DNA of 63,448 bases, the filler included, from Octopus bimaculoides (Eukaryota): assembly GCF_001194135.2 (NCBI RefSeq). It is 8 parts of 8 records of this genome, joined end to end, with 100 filler letters (N's around TTAATTAATTAA, not from the genome) between each part and the next. Parts side by side here need not be neighbours in the genome. Positions count along the whole stretch, not along the records: positions 37,472 to 44,865 come from NC_068989.1; positions 44,966 to 59,443 come from NC_068982.1; 6 more parts are not named here. The stretch is one strand, 5' to 3'. Position numbers and translations under genes: made by a program. A model generated the notes under the pieces. It worked only from the letters and a program-made list of their open reading frames with translations. It made no database searches and had not been told where the DNA came from. Below are positions 38,319 to 51,129 of this stretch, piece after piece. The stretch's first letter is position 1. Every line of letters starts with the position of its first letter.

Positions 38319-38730
38319 NNNNNNNNNNNNNNNNNNNNNNNNNNNNNNNNNNNNNNNNNNNNNNNNNNNNNNNNNNNNNNNNNNNNNNNNNNNNNNNNNN
38401 NNNNNNNNNNNNNNNNNNNNNNNNNNNNNNNNNNNNNNNNNNNNNNNNNNNNNNNNNNNNNNNNNNNNNNNNNNNNNNNNNNNNNNNNNNNNNNNNNNNN
38501 NNNNNNNNNNNNNNNNNNNNNNNNNNNNNNNNNNNNNNNNNNNNNNNNNNNNNNNNNNNNNNNGGTTGCGGTCTCAAAGCGACGAAAATATTTTGGCAAA
38601 TTGAATTTAAATGTTGAAGTGAATCTAACGGTTTTTGTGTGTTTCTTAAATGGCTTATAAACACCTTCCACGCTGCAATTGTTTTCGATCCAGCACACGA
38701 TCTCAGATCAGGTCGCTTGCTATGCAAGTA

Positions 38731-38806
<76 letters not shown>

Positions 38807-39330
38807 TGTATATATGAATATATGTTATATATGTTTATGTATATGTATAAATCAGTGGCGTAGCTAGGGTAAACCGCGCCCGGGGCAAGCCGCCAAAATT
38901 CCGCATAACCACATTACAAAATCCATGATATTGTGCAGTACTTATTTGTTACAAATAATTAATGTTTTAAAACAATGTTTTAGGAATAAATGCAATTCTG
39001 CCGACGTCGACTTTGCCTTTCATACTTTCGGGGTTGAGAAACTGAGCACCAGTTGCGTACTAGAGTCGATCTAATCGACTGTACCCACCCCACCAAGCAA
39101 AAAGAATTTCGGACCTTGTACCTAGAGTAGAAAAGAATATTTTAGGAATAAATACTTTACCAGGGTTCATTTACCAGGGTTCGGTACAACCTGTAATTCA
39201 AAATATATTGTTTGAATATTTACTTTTATGAAACCTCCTTATTTTAACTGTTTAATGCACCACCTTCTCCCATTGAAACATTAAAAAACCTAATGTGTTG
39301 TTAAATAAGATATAATTTTAAAAATGCGAT

Positions 39331-39759
39331 TACTCTTTTACTCTTTTACTTGTTTCAGTCATTTGACTGCGGCCATGCTGGAGCACCGCCTTTTAGTCGA
39401 GCAAATCGACCCCAGGACTTATTATTTGTCAGCCTAGTACTTATTCTATCAGCCTCTCTTTTTGCCGAACCGCTAAGTTATGGGGACGTAAACACACCAG
39501 CATCGGTTGTCAAGCAATGCTTGGGGGGACAAACACAGACACACAAACACATACACACATACATATATATATATACATACATGTATATATACATACATAT
39601 ATACGACGGGCTTCTTTCAGTTTCCGTCTACCAAATCCACTCACAAGGCTTTGGTCGGCCCGAGGCTATAGTAGAAGACACTTGCCCAAGGTGCCACACA
39701 GTGGGACTGAACCCGGGACCATGTGGTTGGTAAGCAAGCTACTTACCACACAGCCACTC
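39331..39759 (-). mobile_element. SINE family A, near intact
   Basis: Reverse-complement match to 3407-3814, CpGs retained. Confidence 0.92.
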
Positions 39760-40025
39760 GATTGTTTAAAGTCTCATCTTTCTTGCTTTTAATGAGGCGA
39801 ATTGATCGATTATATCTTCAAAATCAATTTCGTTTGTCTCTTCACTTTCAATGCTCAGAAAAGCAAGGTCATGCAGGCAGTCCTGCGGCATTGATGTCCA
39901 CAAATAAGATAGGATTAACTTCAATTTGCTGAACGATCGTTCGCGGCTTGAAATTGAATACAGCTATTGCGAGCAGCATCTGAAGGCCAATTCACAAATT
40001 CGGAAAAACGTTGTTATCTCCGTAT

Positions 40026-40707
40026 CAGTGGCGGCTCGTGTACAGGCTCTGCGTAACTCCAGCACCCCCTATTTCCACTCAGTATTATCGATAACATTCA
40101 ATATTAACAGTCTTTTTTTCTTTAATTCTTTATACTTGTACATTATATAATTCTTAGCCTTAATGTCAGTAGCCATTCCCTAGTTTATGAAAAAGTACAA
40201 AAATCCTTGTATAGAACTGTGCACTTCACAGGTGTTTGGCTGTTGTGCGCAAGCTCACATGTCTGAGATAGGAAGCTACACGCTAAGGAGAGAGCACTGT
40301 AGTTCACGCAGTGCTGACCTTGTGATGGTGAAAAGTAGTGTTTCTTTTTGACTCCGCGTATGTTGTGCTTAAAAACGTGTTTATATTCTTGAATGTGATA
40401 AAGTGTAGAATTAGATTATTATCCTGCTTCCAGCTACAGTGTTGCTGCCAGGATTTGAAAAATAGGGCAGATTTTCTCCTCTTCTTTTGTGATTTACGGG
40501 TCATTTTTGAAAAACAAGGGGGAATTCGCGGTGATGTTCAGTGAACAAATTAAACATACTACCCGGCAGTGGCTAAAACGCTAACCGATCAAGTTTATGC
40601 ATAAATTTTCTTTTTATATGTTTGTATCCTTTCACACAATATTAAAACAACAGCTAAAATTTTTCTGAAGCAGCACCCCCACTAGTTTTATCTACGAGCC
40701 ACCACTG
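40026..40707. mobile_element. Second hAT-type element nested in the hAT transposase
   Basis: TIRs CAGTGGCGGCTCGT / ACGAGCCACCACTG, TSD CTCCGTAT/CTCCATAT; removing it rejoins PEKLLEFIIRYGDNNVFPNL. Confidence 0.85.
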
Positions 40708-41059
40708 CTCCATATCGAATAATGAATTCCAGAAGTTTTTCTGGTTTCGTTATAGCAGATTTTGTTCGAGTATACAGCCATCATATTGCGCTTACCTTCG
40801 ATAACAGCATAAAACGATAAGCCGGAGATTCATCTCTACAATTTCAATTTTATAAATAGAGTTCAAGCTTATCGTATTATGGTCAATTCTGCGCCCCACT
40901 TCAATCGGAGCCCCGGGCACATTTCCCCCTCCCGTTACGCTACTAGTATATATATGTATGTAAATATGCATATATGTTTTCTTTTTAATTCTAGAGTAAA
41001 TTTTGATCAGCCACCCACTTGGGAGCAAAGGTATGAAGGAATGTATCTTCTTTTAACCA

Positions 41060-41293
41060 TCATCCTTTAAATCTTAAGAAGGTCTTGCAGATTTTTATCG
41101 TCCCACTTATCATGATCATTTATAGCATATGAATTAAGGATTTGTATGGCCCCAAGTTCAGTCATACTTTACTCCAGACAGGTTGGTATGTATCCTGTTG
41201 CTCCAATAATAATGGGTATGATACTGAAAGTGTATCTTGGGTACTGAATTTGCCCACTTCTTATCAATGGTTCGTAGATGTCCTCATTCTCTT
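41060..41293 (-). mobile_element. R4/NeSL-like RLE non-LTR element C-terminus
   Basis: IIPIIIGATGYIPTCLE and SGTIKICKTFL motifs, frameshifted. Confidence 0.75.
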
Positions 41294-42959
41294 GTATGTA
41301 TGTATGTATGTATGTATGTATGTATGTATGTATGTATGTATGTATGTGTTGTACGCCAGTCGTAGCCAAAAAGCGTTGAAGGTTTGAGGCTCCATCCTTA
41401 GCCAAAATGATATTCTAAAAATTCATGGTAGCGTTCTCCGCTCGAACATGTACGCGGGACCTTCTCCTGGTGCCGGGCCCTCTCTTGGCATGGTGCTAAT
41501 TTGAACATGTCTATCAAATTGGCTTAAAACCAGCCTCGACATACACGACTGCAGATGTTGGAAACCAAGTTTCTCAAATTCACTACACTGGCGGCGAGTT
41601 TCCGAGCAGCTCGCTTAAAATTCTTTTTACAATATTGATAGGATATGATTTACATATGAACAGTAACGCACAAAAGACCCGTAAGGGGTTTTGAGAAAAG
41701 AAGAAAAAGTTGGGGAGGGCGAACAATACAACGAAAATCTGGCATATTTTTTATGAGACACTAAATTTTATAAAGATTCTGTTGTCCTCAGATATAAATA
41801 CAATTTTTGTTGTTGTTGGTGGTAGTGTCATTGTTTGAAACCATGACGATATCGAAGAAGCAGAACAATTTTCAAAAGCATTCTAAACGTGACTGATCCG
41901 CCCCCCCCCCCATTTTACATTATTTAATGTGTTCCCCCCTCTCTTTTTTTAAAACTGAAATACGAAAACATAAACGAAAACGAAACAGAAATCGGTAGTC
42001 TATGACACCTAGGATTAATTTGGCTGCTATTTCTAGCCGATTTGAGTGATCCACACAGATACGCACACACACACACATTCATACGCATGCATGTATATAT
42101 GTATAAATGCTTATTATACAGACACTCTATACTTAGGACTACATTTATCTAATATAGAATATTTGCCTTATTATTCAAACAGATTTTTGAGGGAGATATT
42201 TAGCTCTGATTTCCTCTAACAGAACGAAGAACACGACCACATAAGAAGCATCCCCGTTTGTTGACTCGTAAATATAAAAGATATTAAAAAAAAAAAAAAC
42301 ACCAGCTTTACATATTATATATTCATCAAAACATGTTTCACCTGATAATTAAGACTAAATATATTACCTGTAGGATAACTACCTGGTGAATTTGATTATA
42401 GAAGGTGATGGTGGNNNNNNNNNNGGTGGTGGCGGTGGCGGTAGCGGTAGCGGTAGTGCGTTGTGTTGTAAATGATAATGGAATGCATTATGTATGGAAA
42501 ATGTATGATTTTTTTTTTTTTTGATAGTCATGTGAATTCTCGGCTTCTAAAAGAAGTTTCGATAATTTATTACACATTAAGAAGAAGAAGAAGAAGGAGA
42601 AGAAGAAGACGCAAGAGAAAAACGAGGACGAGAATAATGCTTGCTTAGTTATTATTGCATTTCCCGGATATCTGAATGCGCTGTTTTCAGACTGCATTCA
42701 TATAAACACCCATACATGCGTATACGCATATTACAACGAGCACGCACGCATGCATCCGCTCATGCGCACACATACACAGTATACACATACATGCATATAC
42801 CCTCTTTCTCTCACTTGTTCTCTGTTTCTGTTTCCTTCTCCTCTTCTCTGTCTGTCTATCTATCTATCTATCTATCTACACACACACACAGTATACACAT
42901 ACATCTTTCTCTCGCTTACTCTCTGTTTCCCCTCTTTCTCTCTCCGCTTCTCTGTATCC

Positions 42960-42990
<31 letters not shown>

Positions 42991-44352
42991 CACGCATGCA
43001 CAGACAAACACACACACACACACACACACACACANNNNNNNNNNNNNNNNNNNNNNNNNNNNNNNNNNNNNNNNNNNNNNNNNNNNNNNNNNNNNNNNNN
43101 NNNNNNNNNNNNNNNNNNNNNNNNNNNNNNNNNNNNNNNNNNNNNNNNNNNNNNNNNNNNNNNNNNNNNNNNNNNNNNNNNNNNNNNNNNNNNNNNNNNN
43201 NNNNNNNNNNNNNNNNNNNNNNNNNNNNNNNNNNNNNNNNNNNNNNNNNNNNNNNNNNNNNNNNNNNNNNNNNNNNNNNNNNNNNNNNNNNNNNNNNNNN
43301 NNNNNNNNNNNNNNNNNNNNNNNNNNNNNNNNNNNNNNNNNNNNNNNNNNNNNNNNNNNNNNNNNNNNNNNNNNNNNNNNNNNNNNNNNNNNNNNNNNNN
43401 NNNNNNNNNNNNNNNNNNNNNNNNNNNNNNNNNNNNNNNNNNNNNNNNNNNNNNNNNNNNNNNNNNNNNNNNNNNNNNNNNNNNNNNNNNNNNNNNNNNN
43501 NNNNNNNNNNNNNNNNNNNNNNNNNNNNNNNNNNNNNNNNNNNNNNNNNNNNNNNNNNNNNNNNNNNNNNNNNNNNNNNNNNNNNNNNNNNNNNNNNNNN
43601 NNNNNNNNNNNNNNNNNNNNNNNNNNNNNNNNNNNNNNNNNNNNNNNNNNNNNNNNNNNNNNNNNNNNNNNNNNNNNNNNNNNNNNNNNNNNNNNNNNNN
43701 NNNNNNNNNNNNNNNNNNNNNNNNNNNNNNNNNNNNNNNNNNNNNNNNNNNNNNNNNNNNNNNNNNNNNNNNNNNNNNNNNNNNNNNNNNNNNNNNNNNN
43801 NNNNNNNNNNNNNNNNNNNNNNNNNNNNNNNNNNNNNNNNNNNNNNNNNNNNNNNNNNNNNNNNNNNNNNNNNNNNNNNNNNNNNNNNNNNNNNNNNNNN
43901 NNNNNNNNNNNNNNNNNNNNNNNNNNNNNNNNNNNNNNNNNNNNNNNNNNNNNNNNNNNNNNNNNNNNNNNNNNNNNNNNNNNNNNNNNNNNNNNNNNNN
44001 NNNNNNNNNNNNNNNNNNNNNNNNNNNNNNNNATATATATATCACGTTTTAGCGTATGTAGGGATCTTGAATAATGGAGCAATCGGAATACAAAGGGAAG
44101 CCCAGCTCGTTGTCACAGATATTTCATCCTAACAGGTCACAGAATATGTGGCATAAAATTTAATATAAATGTATCTATTACAGATATTTTTGATAATGCT
44201 GGTGAGTGTGTTTATTATTCCAAGTCCTCATCGCATTGACACAGTATTGTTAGAATAAAATACAAATGCTCTTCCGTCACGCCCCCCCCCCACATATATA
44301 TGCACACATGCGCGTGCGTGCACGTATTCAGACATGTACGCATATACGTACA

Positions 44353-44394
<42 letters not shown>

Positions 44395-44555
44395 GTGTAT
44401 GCGTGTGTGTGAAAATGTATTCATTACGACAATATAGTTTCTATTGTATGCATACACTGCTAGTACTTATCCTGTCGCTAAGTTACGGAGACGTAAACAA
44501 ACCAACGCCTAGCAGATAGACACATACATACATACATGCACTCATACATACATGC

Positions 44556-44592
<37 letters not shown>

Positions 44593-44651
44593 CGTATATA
44601 CATACATACATATATATGTGTATGTATGATAGATCGCTAACCATACATACA

Positions 44652-44823
44652 TTTTTTTTTCTCTCCTTATTTCTCTCCTTGTTTTTTTCTGTGTTCCTTT
44701 CTGTGGAAGTGCGTAGGCTCGAAACGTTAAAAACTTTTTTCAATTCCCGAGCGTTATACTAATACAGCTATTTGTTTTCTACACCACCTGTCTTCGACTG
44801 TTGTTTTTTTGTGAATTCTCCCT
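44652..44823 (+). mobile_element. Penelope-type tail repeat with degenerate hammerhead-like motif
   Basis: CTGTGGAAGTGC-GTAG-GCTCGAAACGTT at 44701-44728; relative at 420-543. Confidence 0.45.
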
Positions 44824-45530
44824 ATATATATACATACATACATACATACATATATATATATATATNNNNNNNNNNNNNNNNNNNNNNNNNNNNNNNNNNN
44901 NNNNNNNNNTTAATTAATTAANNNNNNNNNNNNNNNNNNNNNNNNNNNNNNNNNNNNNNNNNNNNTTTTTTTTTTTTTTTTTTTTTTTTGTGATTTTTCT
45001 TAGTAGTTCTACACTATGAACATTCGCCCAACGACATGGAATACCGGAATTTATGAAATTTTTGTACTTGTATCTAATTACTGTATATTCTTAAACATAT
45101 TTTTGCAATCCCACGAATAATTTTATGATTTTGTTTAAAAATTCCAAATCCGTACATATTCTCTGACGAAGGAAATGTAGATTACCGAAGTTCAAAAGCA
45201 ATTACCTACACACTTCTTCGCACATCCCCGGAAATGGCCGTAAGACTCTTTCTATTTATTAGATTCATTTGACGACTTCCCTTTTCTATTATTGTGAACT
45301 GTTATCTCGTCAGCTTGGACTTCAATTGCTTATTCGACTTTGATTTGGGCACGGAATTACAATATTATATGTATACATATGTTTTTGTATGTTATGTGTT
45401 CGCATGCTTATAATGGCTTATATATGCTCTCTGTGTTTAGATATGTGTCGGCTTTAATGAGGAGTATTATTGACCTTGGAATTTGTCTCTTTCAAATTAA
45501 TACTTTAATATATATATATATATATAAATT

Positions 45531-45601
<71 letters not shown>

Positions 45602-45777
45602 NNNNNNNNNNNNNNNNNNNNNNNNNNNNNNNNNNNNNNNNNTTTTGTCTTCTCCCATTTATATCATTGTGTTTATCATTCATTTCATCTCATTAATATG
45701 TGTTTGTCTAGCCCGCAGCTACTCTGTGTTCTGCCTCTATGGCAAATTATAATGAAATAAAGAAGGTTGATTCCCAC

Positions 45778-46107
45778 CTACATGGTTCCGGGATCAGTCC
45801 TTGGGCAGGTGTCTTCTGCTACAGCCTCGGGCCAACCAAAGCCTTGTGAGTAGATTTGGTTGACGGAAACTGAAAGAAGCCCGTCGAATATATGTATATA
45901 TACATATATTTGTATGTCTGTGTTTACCGCCCTCCCCACTATTGCCTGACAAGCGATGTTGGTGTATTTACGTCCCCGTAACTTAGCGGTTCGGGAAAAG
46001 AAACGGATAGAATTAGTACTAGGTTTACAAAGAATAAGTCCCGGGGGGTCGATTTGCTCGACTAAAGACGGTGCTCCAGCATGGCCGCAGTCAAATGACT
46101 GAAGCAA
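45778..46107 (+). mobile_element. SINE family A, 5' truncated
   Basis: Colinear with 3407-3814. Confidence 0.88.
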
Positions 46108-47180
46108 GACTACATTATATAGATAGATGTTTGGCGGTTAGGCGGGGAAGAAAGACGAGGAGGGAGAGAGAGAGATAGAGAGGTGGGGATAGAGAGGAAG
46201 AGAAAGAGCAATGATACATATTACACACATTCACACAGGCCCATACACGTACACACTTGTAACCAAATGCATATGTAGACGTGTTGGCAACTATGGTGAT
46301 ATAGGAAATTTATTGAACAACATACGTTGAAACTATTTTATTTCATTATAGAAATATCTAGAAAATATTATCAATCATTTTAATAGCAACAAACGTGTGC
46401 TTTATTAAAATACTCACCATATTTATAGTAATTTTTCGATTACACATGTATGGTTGTATGCTGAGCAACGATTATTTCGTGTTCATTTTCTATTGTTATT
46501 TAATATCACATTCTCTTTACAATCACATTATTATGTGCAGTAAAATATTGTGTGAATGTACCAAGAGGGAAAGATATGTTTCTAATTGGAGCACCTAGGT
46601 TTTTGGCACTAGAAGAGCCTTGTTAATAGCTTTTTGGTGATGTAACACTATTTTCCTGCTATGTGTACGTATGTACGCAAGGACTTACGAAATGTATGTC
46701 GTTGCTATTATGTTAAACTGTCATATGTCCAAATCTGGCCAAGTGCGTTTTTTATATTTTTACAATATTTATTTTTGCTTGCAATAGCCCGTTCTTTTGG
46801 TCAAAGTATCGCATCTCCAGCTGCTTCAGATGCCAAGATATCAAAAATTGTCAAAGTGTAGTATAACGGTTTTGCTATGGAATGTTGAATGTATCTTTTT
46901 GTTTTCTGAAAATGCAACATTTTGGACTTACGACACTTTTGCATAATAGCAACGATATGTGTGTGTGTGTGTGTATGACAAACACAGTACGCGCTTGTAT
47001 GTGCATGACTGGTAGTCACTGTGTGTTTGTGTAGCCGTCTACCTATCTATATACATGTGTCTATGTGTATCGTATACATATTCATTCATACATACACACA
47101 CGCATACACAAGTATGTGTGCATGTCTTTGTTTCTTCCACTTCTTGACAACCAGTGTTAGTAACTACGCTATATACCCAC

Positions 47181-47414
47181 GGGCATATGGCGTTGTGGTT
47201 AAGAGCGCGGGCTACTAACCCCAATATTCCGAGTTCGATTCCAGGCAGTGACCTGAATAATAAAAATAATAGCAACATCGAAAAATACCTTAGGAATGAG
47301 AACCCATGTTCGAAATTTCCCCAAGACACCTGATGAAGGCTGGAGGGTATATCAGCTGAAACGTATTAACAGCAAAGAAGATGAGGAATCATATCCGTCA
47401 AATGTAAATAATGT
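47181..47414 (+). mobile_element. tRNA-headed SINE with a hammerhead-like 3' region
   Basis: A-box TGGCGTTGTGG (47188-47198), B-box GTTCGATTCC (47233-47242); CTGATGA (47330-47336), stem GGCTG/CAGCT, GAAAC (47358-47362). Confidence 0.8.
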
Positions 47415-47561
47415 GTGTGCGTATATATATATATATATATATATATATACGCACATACACACACACACACGACAGGCTTCTTTCGGTTTCTGTCTACCAA
47501 ATCCACTCACAAGGCTTTGATTGACCCAAGGCTATAGTAGAAGGCACTTGCCTAATCTGCA

Positions 47562-48498
47562 ACACATAATCAGTAATAATAATTGCTATTCAAAGTACAA
47601 GGCCTTTGAAAATTTTGGGAATGGGGAGAGCTAGTCAATTATATCGACCCCAGTGCATAATTAGTACTTATTTCATCGCCCCGGACGGAATTTGATCTCG
47701 GATCTTAGCGGCAGACGAAATACTGCTAAGCATTTCGTCCGGCGTGCTAACAATCCTGCCGGTAATAATTTTGAAAATAGATTTAGCGTCATTTCTTTTT
47801 AATTCATGTTCATGGTTCGAAATGTGAACTTCATATTCGCAAAGGTGGCTGTGTGGTAAGAGGTTTGCTTTCCGACCACATGATTCTTAGTCGAACGAAT
47901 TGACCTCAGGAATTATTTTTCTTTTAAAGCCTGATACACGAGAACCACTAAGTTACTAAGATATAAGCACACCAGCACCGGTTGTAAGGCGGTGTTGGGG
48001 GTCAAACATAGACACAAAGATACATACATATATACGACTGACTTCTTTCAGTTTCCATTCGCCATAGGCTATTGTATTCTTTCAGTTTCCGTCCACCGAG
48101 GCTATTGTAGAAGACACTTACCCAAGGTGCCTCGCAGTGGGATTGAACTCAGAATCGTGGTTGGAAAGCAAACCTCTTACCACACAGCCACCCTTGCGAG
48201 TATGAAGTTCAAATTTCAAACTATGAATATGAATTAAAAAGAAATAACGCTAAATCTATTTTCAAAATTATTACTGATTATTTTAAGGTGGCGAGCTGGC
48301 AGAATGGTTAGCACACCGGATGAAATGCTTAGCGGTATTTCGTCTGCTGCTACGTTCTGAGATCAAATTCCGCCAGAGGCGATGAAAAAAGCACCAGTTA
48401 TGCACTGGGGTCGATAAAATTGACTAGCCCTCCCCATTCCCCCCAAATTTTCAAAGGCCTTGTACTTTGAGTAGAAATAATTATTACTGATTATGTGT
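47562..48498. repeat. Inverted segmental duplication, arms 47562-47888 and 48151-48498
   Basis: Arms share SINE junctions, a unique AT-rich linker and the same internal SINE deletion. Confidence 0.92.
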
Positions 48499-48795
48499 GA
48501 AGCCGCGTGGCTTAGTGGTTATGGATGTTCGGCTCATAATCGTAAGGTCGTGAGTTCGATTCTCAGCACGTTGTGTTCTTGAGCAATACACTTTACTTTA
48601 CGTTGCTCCAGTTCACTCAGCTGGCAAAAACAAGTTGTATTTTGTTATTCAAAGGTGCCAGCCTTGTCACATTCTGAGCACTACGTTAAGGGTGTCTGTG
48701 GAGTACTCAGCCACTTGCACGTTAATTTCACGAGCTGGCTATTCCGTCAATCGAATCAACTGGAACACTCATAGTCGTAATCGATGAAGTACCAG
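48497..48795 (+). mobile_element. SINE family C-related copy
   Basis: tRNA-like head, GTTCTTGAGCAA core, 13-bp TSD TTACTGATTATGT (48484-48496 / 48796-48808). Confidence 0.85.
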
Positions 48796-49074
48796 TTACT
48801 GATTATGTTTAGCTGTAAGAAATTCGTTGTATAAAACCAATTTGTTACTGGATGTCAGAAACATCTAGCTAGTTGAACGTAACATATCTAAACCAACGAA
48901 ATTGGAGTGATTTATAATGAATAGGTGATCAAATGTGTCTCTTTGAGATTAATCGTTATCAAAATATCTCGGTCTGTAACCTATTTCGACTGTTTCAAGG
49001 CTAAGATTACAAGGCGACGTCGAATTGGCTAGAATTTTCAGTGATGTTTATTTTCTTATTTATATAGAATCTAT

Positions 49075-49440
49075 CTTCTACTTGTTTCAGTCATTAGACT
49101 GCGGCCATGCTGGGACATCGCCTTGAAGAATGTTCTTAATTGAATGAATCGATCCCAGTACTGACCTTCTTCCTTTAAGCCTGGTACTCATTGTATCGGT
49201 GTCTTTGGTCGAACCGCTAATTTACGGAACCGTAAACACACCAACACCGGCTGTCAAACGGTGGTGGTGGGGACAAACAAACACAAAGACACCCACGACG
49301 GGCTTCTTTCAGTTTCCGTCTAACAAATCCACCCAAGGCTTTGTTTGGTCCCAAGCTATAGTAGAAGACACTTGCCCGAAGTACCACGTAATGAGACTGA
49401 ACCCGGGACCATGTGGTTAAGAAGTGATCTTCTTACCGCG
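49075..49440 (-). mobile_element. SINE family A
   Basis: Reverse-complement match to other family A copies. Confidence 0.85.
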
Positions 49441-50006
49441 CCTAAATTCTACATAAACCCCGTGATAGAAATCAATGAATTTAATTATTAAATATACTCT
49501 GCCCTACTTGTAACGTACGACCACCCAGTGTGGTGAATCTTAAGGCAGTCGCTTGATCAGCATGAATTAGTAGCTAAATACCCTGGTATCACACACCGCT
49601 ATTCTGTGTGGGGACCGGCATGTCAAAGAACAAACCAACCGTTTCCCCTGCGTGTCTAAAAGAGGGCGTTTAATAAGCGACAAAAGGAAGTTGAGGTAGG
49701 ATTTGTACTCCGACCTCGTGAAGCTCTCATCAGCAACGAATACCCAAAATAGACCCATGGGTTGGAGTGTTGCCGCCTGAGTGATGCAAAAGTGTTACCT
49801 ATCAGGAGTAGGAAATCACCGACAAATGGTATATACAGCAAGGCACTGTTAGACTACATGACTCCATACTACTACTACTACCACCACCACCACCACCACC
49901 AACCGTTTTTTAAAGACAATGAAAGGACTCATTAGACAATGTCCTAGATAATAAAATAATGGAATAGCAACGCCAGTCTACTCAGGAATGACAGACCTGA
50001 AGTCAA

Positions 50007-50190
50007 ACTACTACTACTACCATCACCACTACTACTACCACTACTACTACTACCACTACTACTACTACCACCACTACTACTACCACCACTACTACTACTA
50101 TCACCACTACTACTACTACCACCACCACCACCACTACCACTACCACCACCACTACCACCATTACTACCACTACCATAACAACAACCATCA
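50007..50190. repeat. (TAC/CAC)n trinucleotide microsatellite
   Basis: Direct reading; similar tracts at 10190-10260 and 49860-49900. Confidence 0.95.
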
Positions 50191-51129
50191 CAGCAGAACC
50201 TGAAATATTGGTTTTAGATTTTAAAACAAGGTCAGCATTTCCGGTGCAGGGTTATGTTGATTACACCGACTCCAGTTCTCAACTGGTACTTAATTATCGA
50301 CTCCGAAAGGATGAAAGGCAATGTTGACCTTAGCGGAAATTGAACTCAGAATGTAAGGACCGACAATATGCTGCTTAGTATTTTTTTGTACGGCGTGCTT
50401 AACGATTCTGCCAACTCGCCGCCTTAACGTAACGCGAAATACAGGAAAAGAGAAAAAAAAGATAAAGAAACTTTTCTGCCATTAATCATTCTAAAGTTTT
50501 CATTAGTTCCATTGTGGTTTCCAGAATTGACAATAGTAATCTCGTTTTCTAAATGTTATCCAAACTGCACCGGAAGTTTAAAATCTTCAAGCTAAATCTG
50601 TGCTTGCTTTAACGGAAATACCTTCTCAACATTAATTGCCAATAAAAGGGCGTATAAACTTCAAAAATCCTTCTGATTTAGAAGAAAATCAACTCATTAT
50701 CCCCTTATTACTGAACCAATCATTTCTAATATACTTTCAAGATCTACTTCCATATTTATCCAGTACCAGTTGGTAGTAATTATTATTTAGAAAAATATTT
50801 TTGAACATTCTAATGTTAGAATATGGAACGCATTACAGCTTTTAGAAAAAATTCTAGTATCTTACAACTTTGAAAAGGAACAACTTGTTTTGTTTCCTTT
50901 CCGAGGATTTAAAATCTAACATAATTTTCTTTACAGAAATTAGATGGTATTTGGTAAAACGAGTAGTGGCTATTACGCGTAGATGTTTTAAAAATATTGG
51001 TTTTAAATTTTGGCAGAAGGTCAGTAATTTTGAGGAAGAAGCAAGTCGATTACCAACTGGAACTTATTTTATTGACCTCGAAAAGATGAAGGGCCACCTT
51101 TATCTTCCATTTTGATATTGATAAAACAT

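Larger units (their letters stand above)
38853..40945 (-). mobile_element. Internally deleted hAT element with transposase C-terminal dimerisation domain
   Basis: TIR-like CAGTGGCGTAGC / CGTTACGCTACTA, 7/8 TSD GTATAAAT/GTATATAT; ERSFSKLKLILSYLWTSMPQDCLHDLAFLSIE...DIIDQFASLKARK* at 39766-40000. Confidence 0.8.

Noticed and set aside
47181-47253. Possible tRNA gene
   Set aside because: Acceptor stem does not pair well and the sequence continues into a dispersed repeat; treated as a SINE head. The same applies to the family A, B and C heads.
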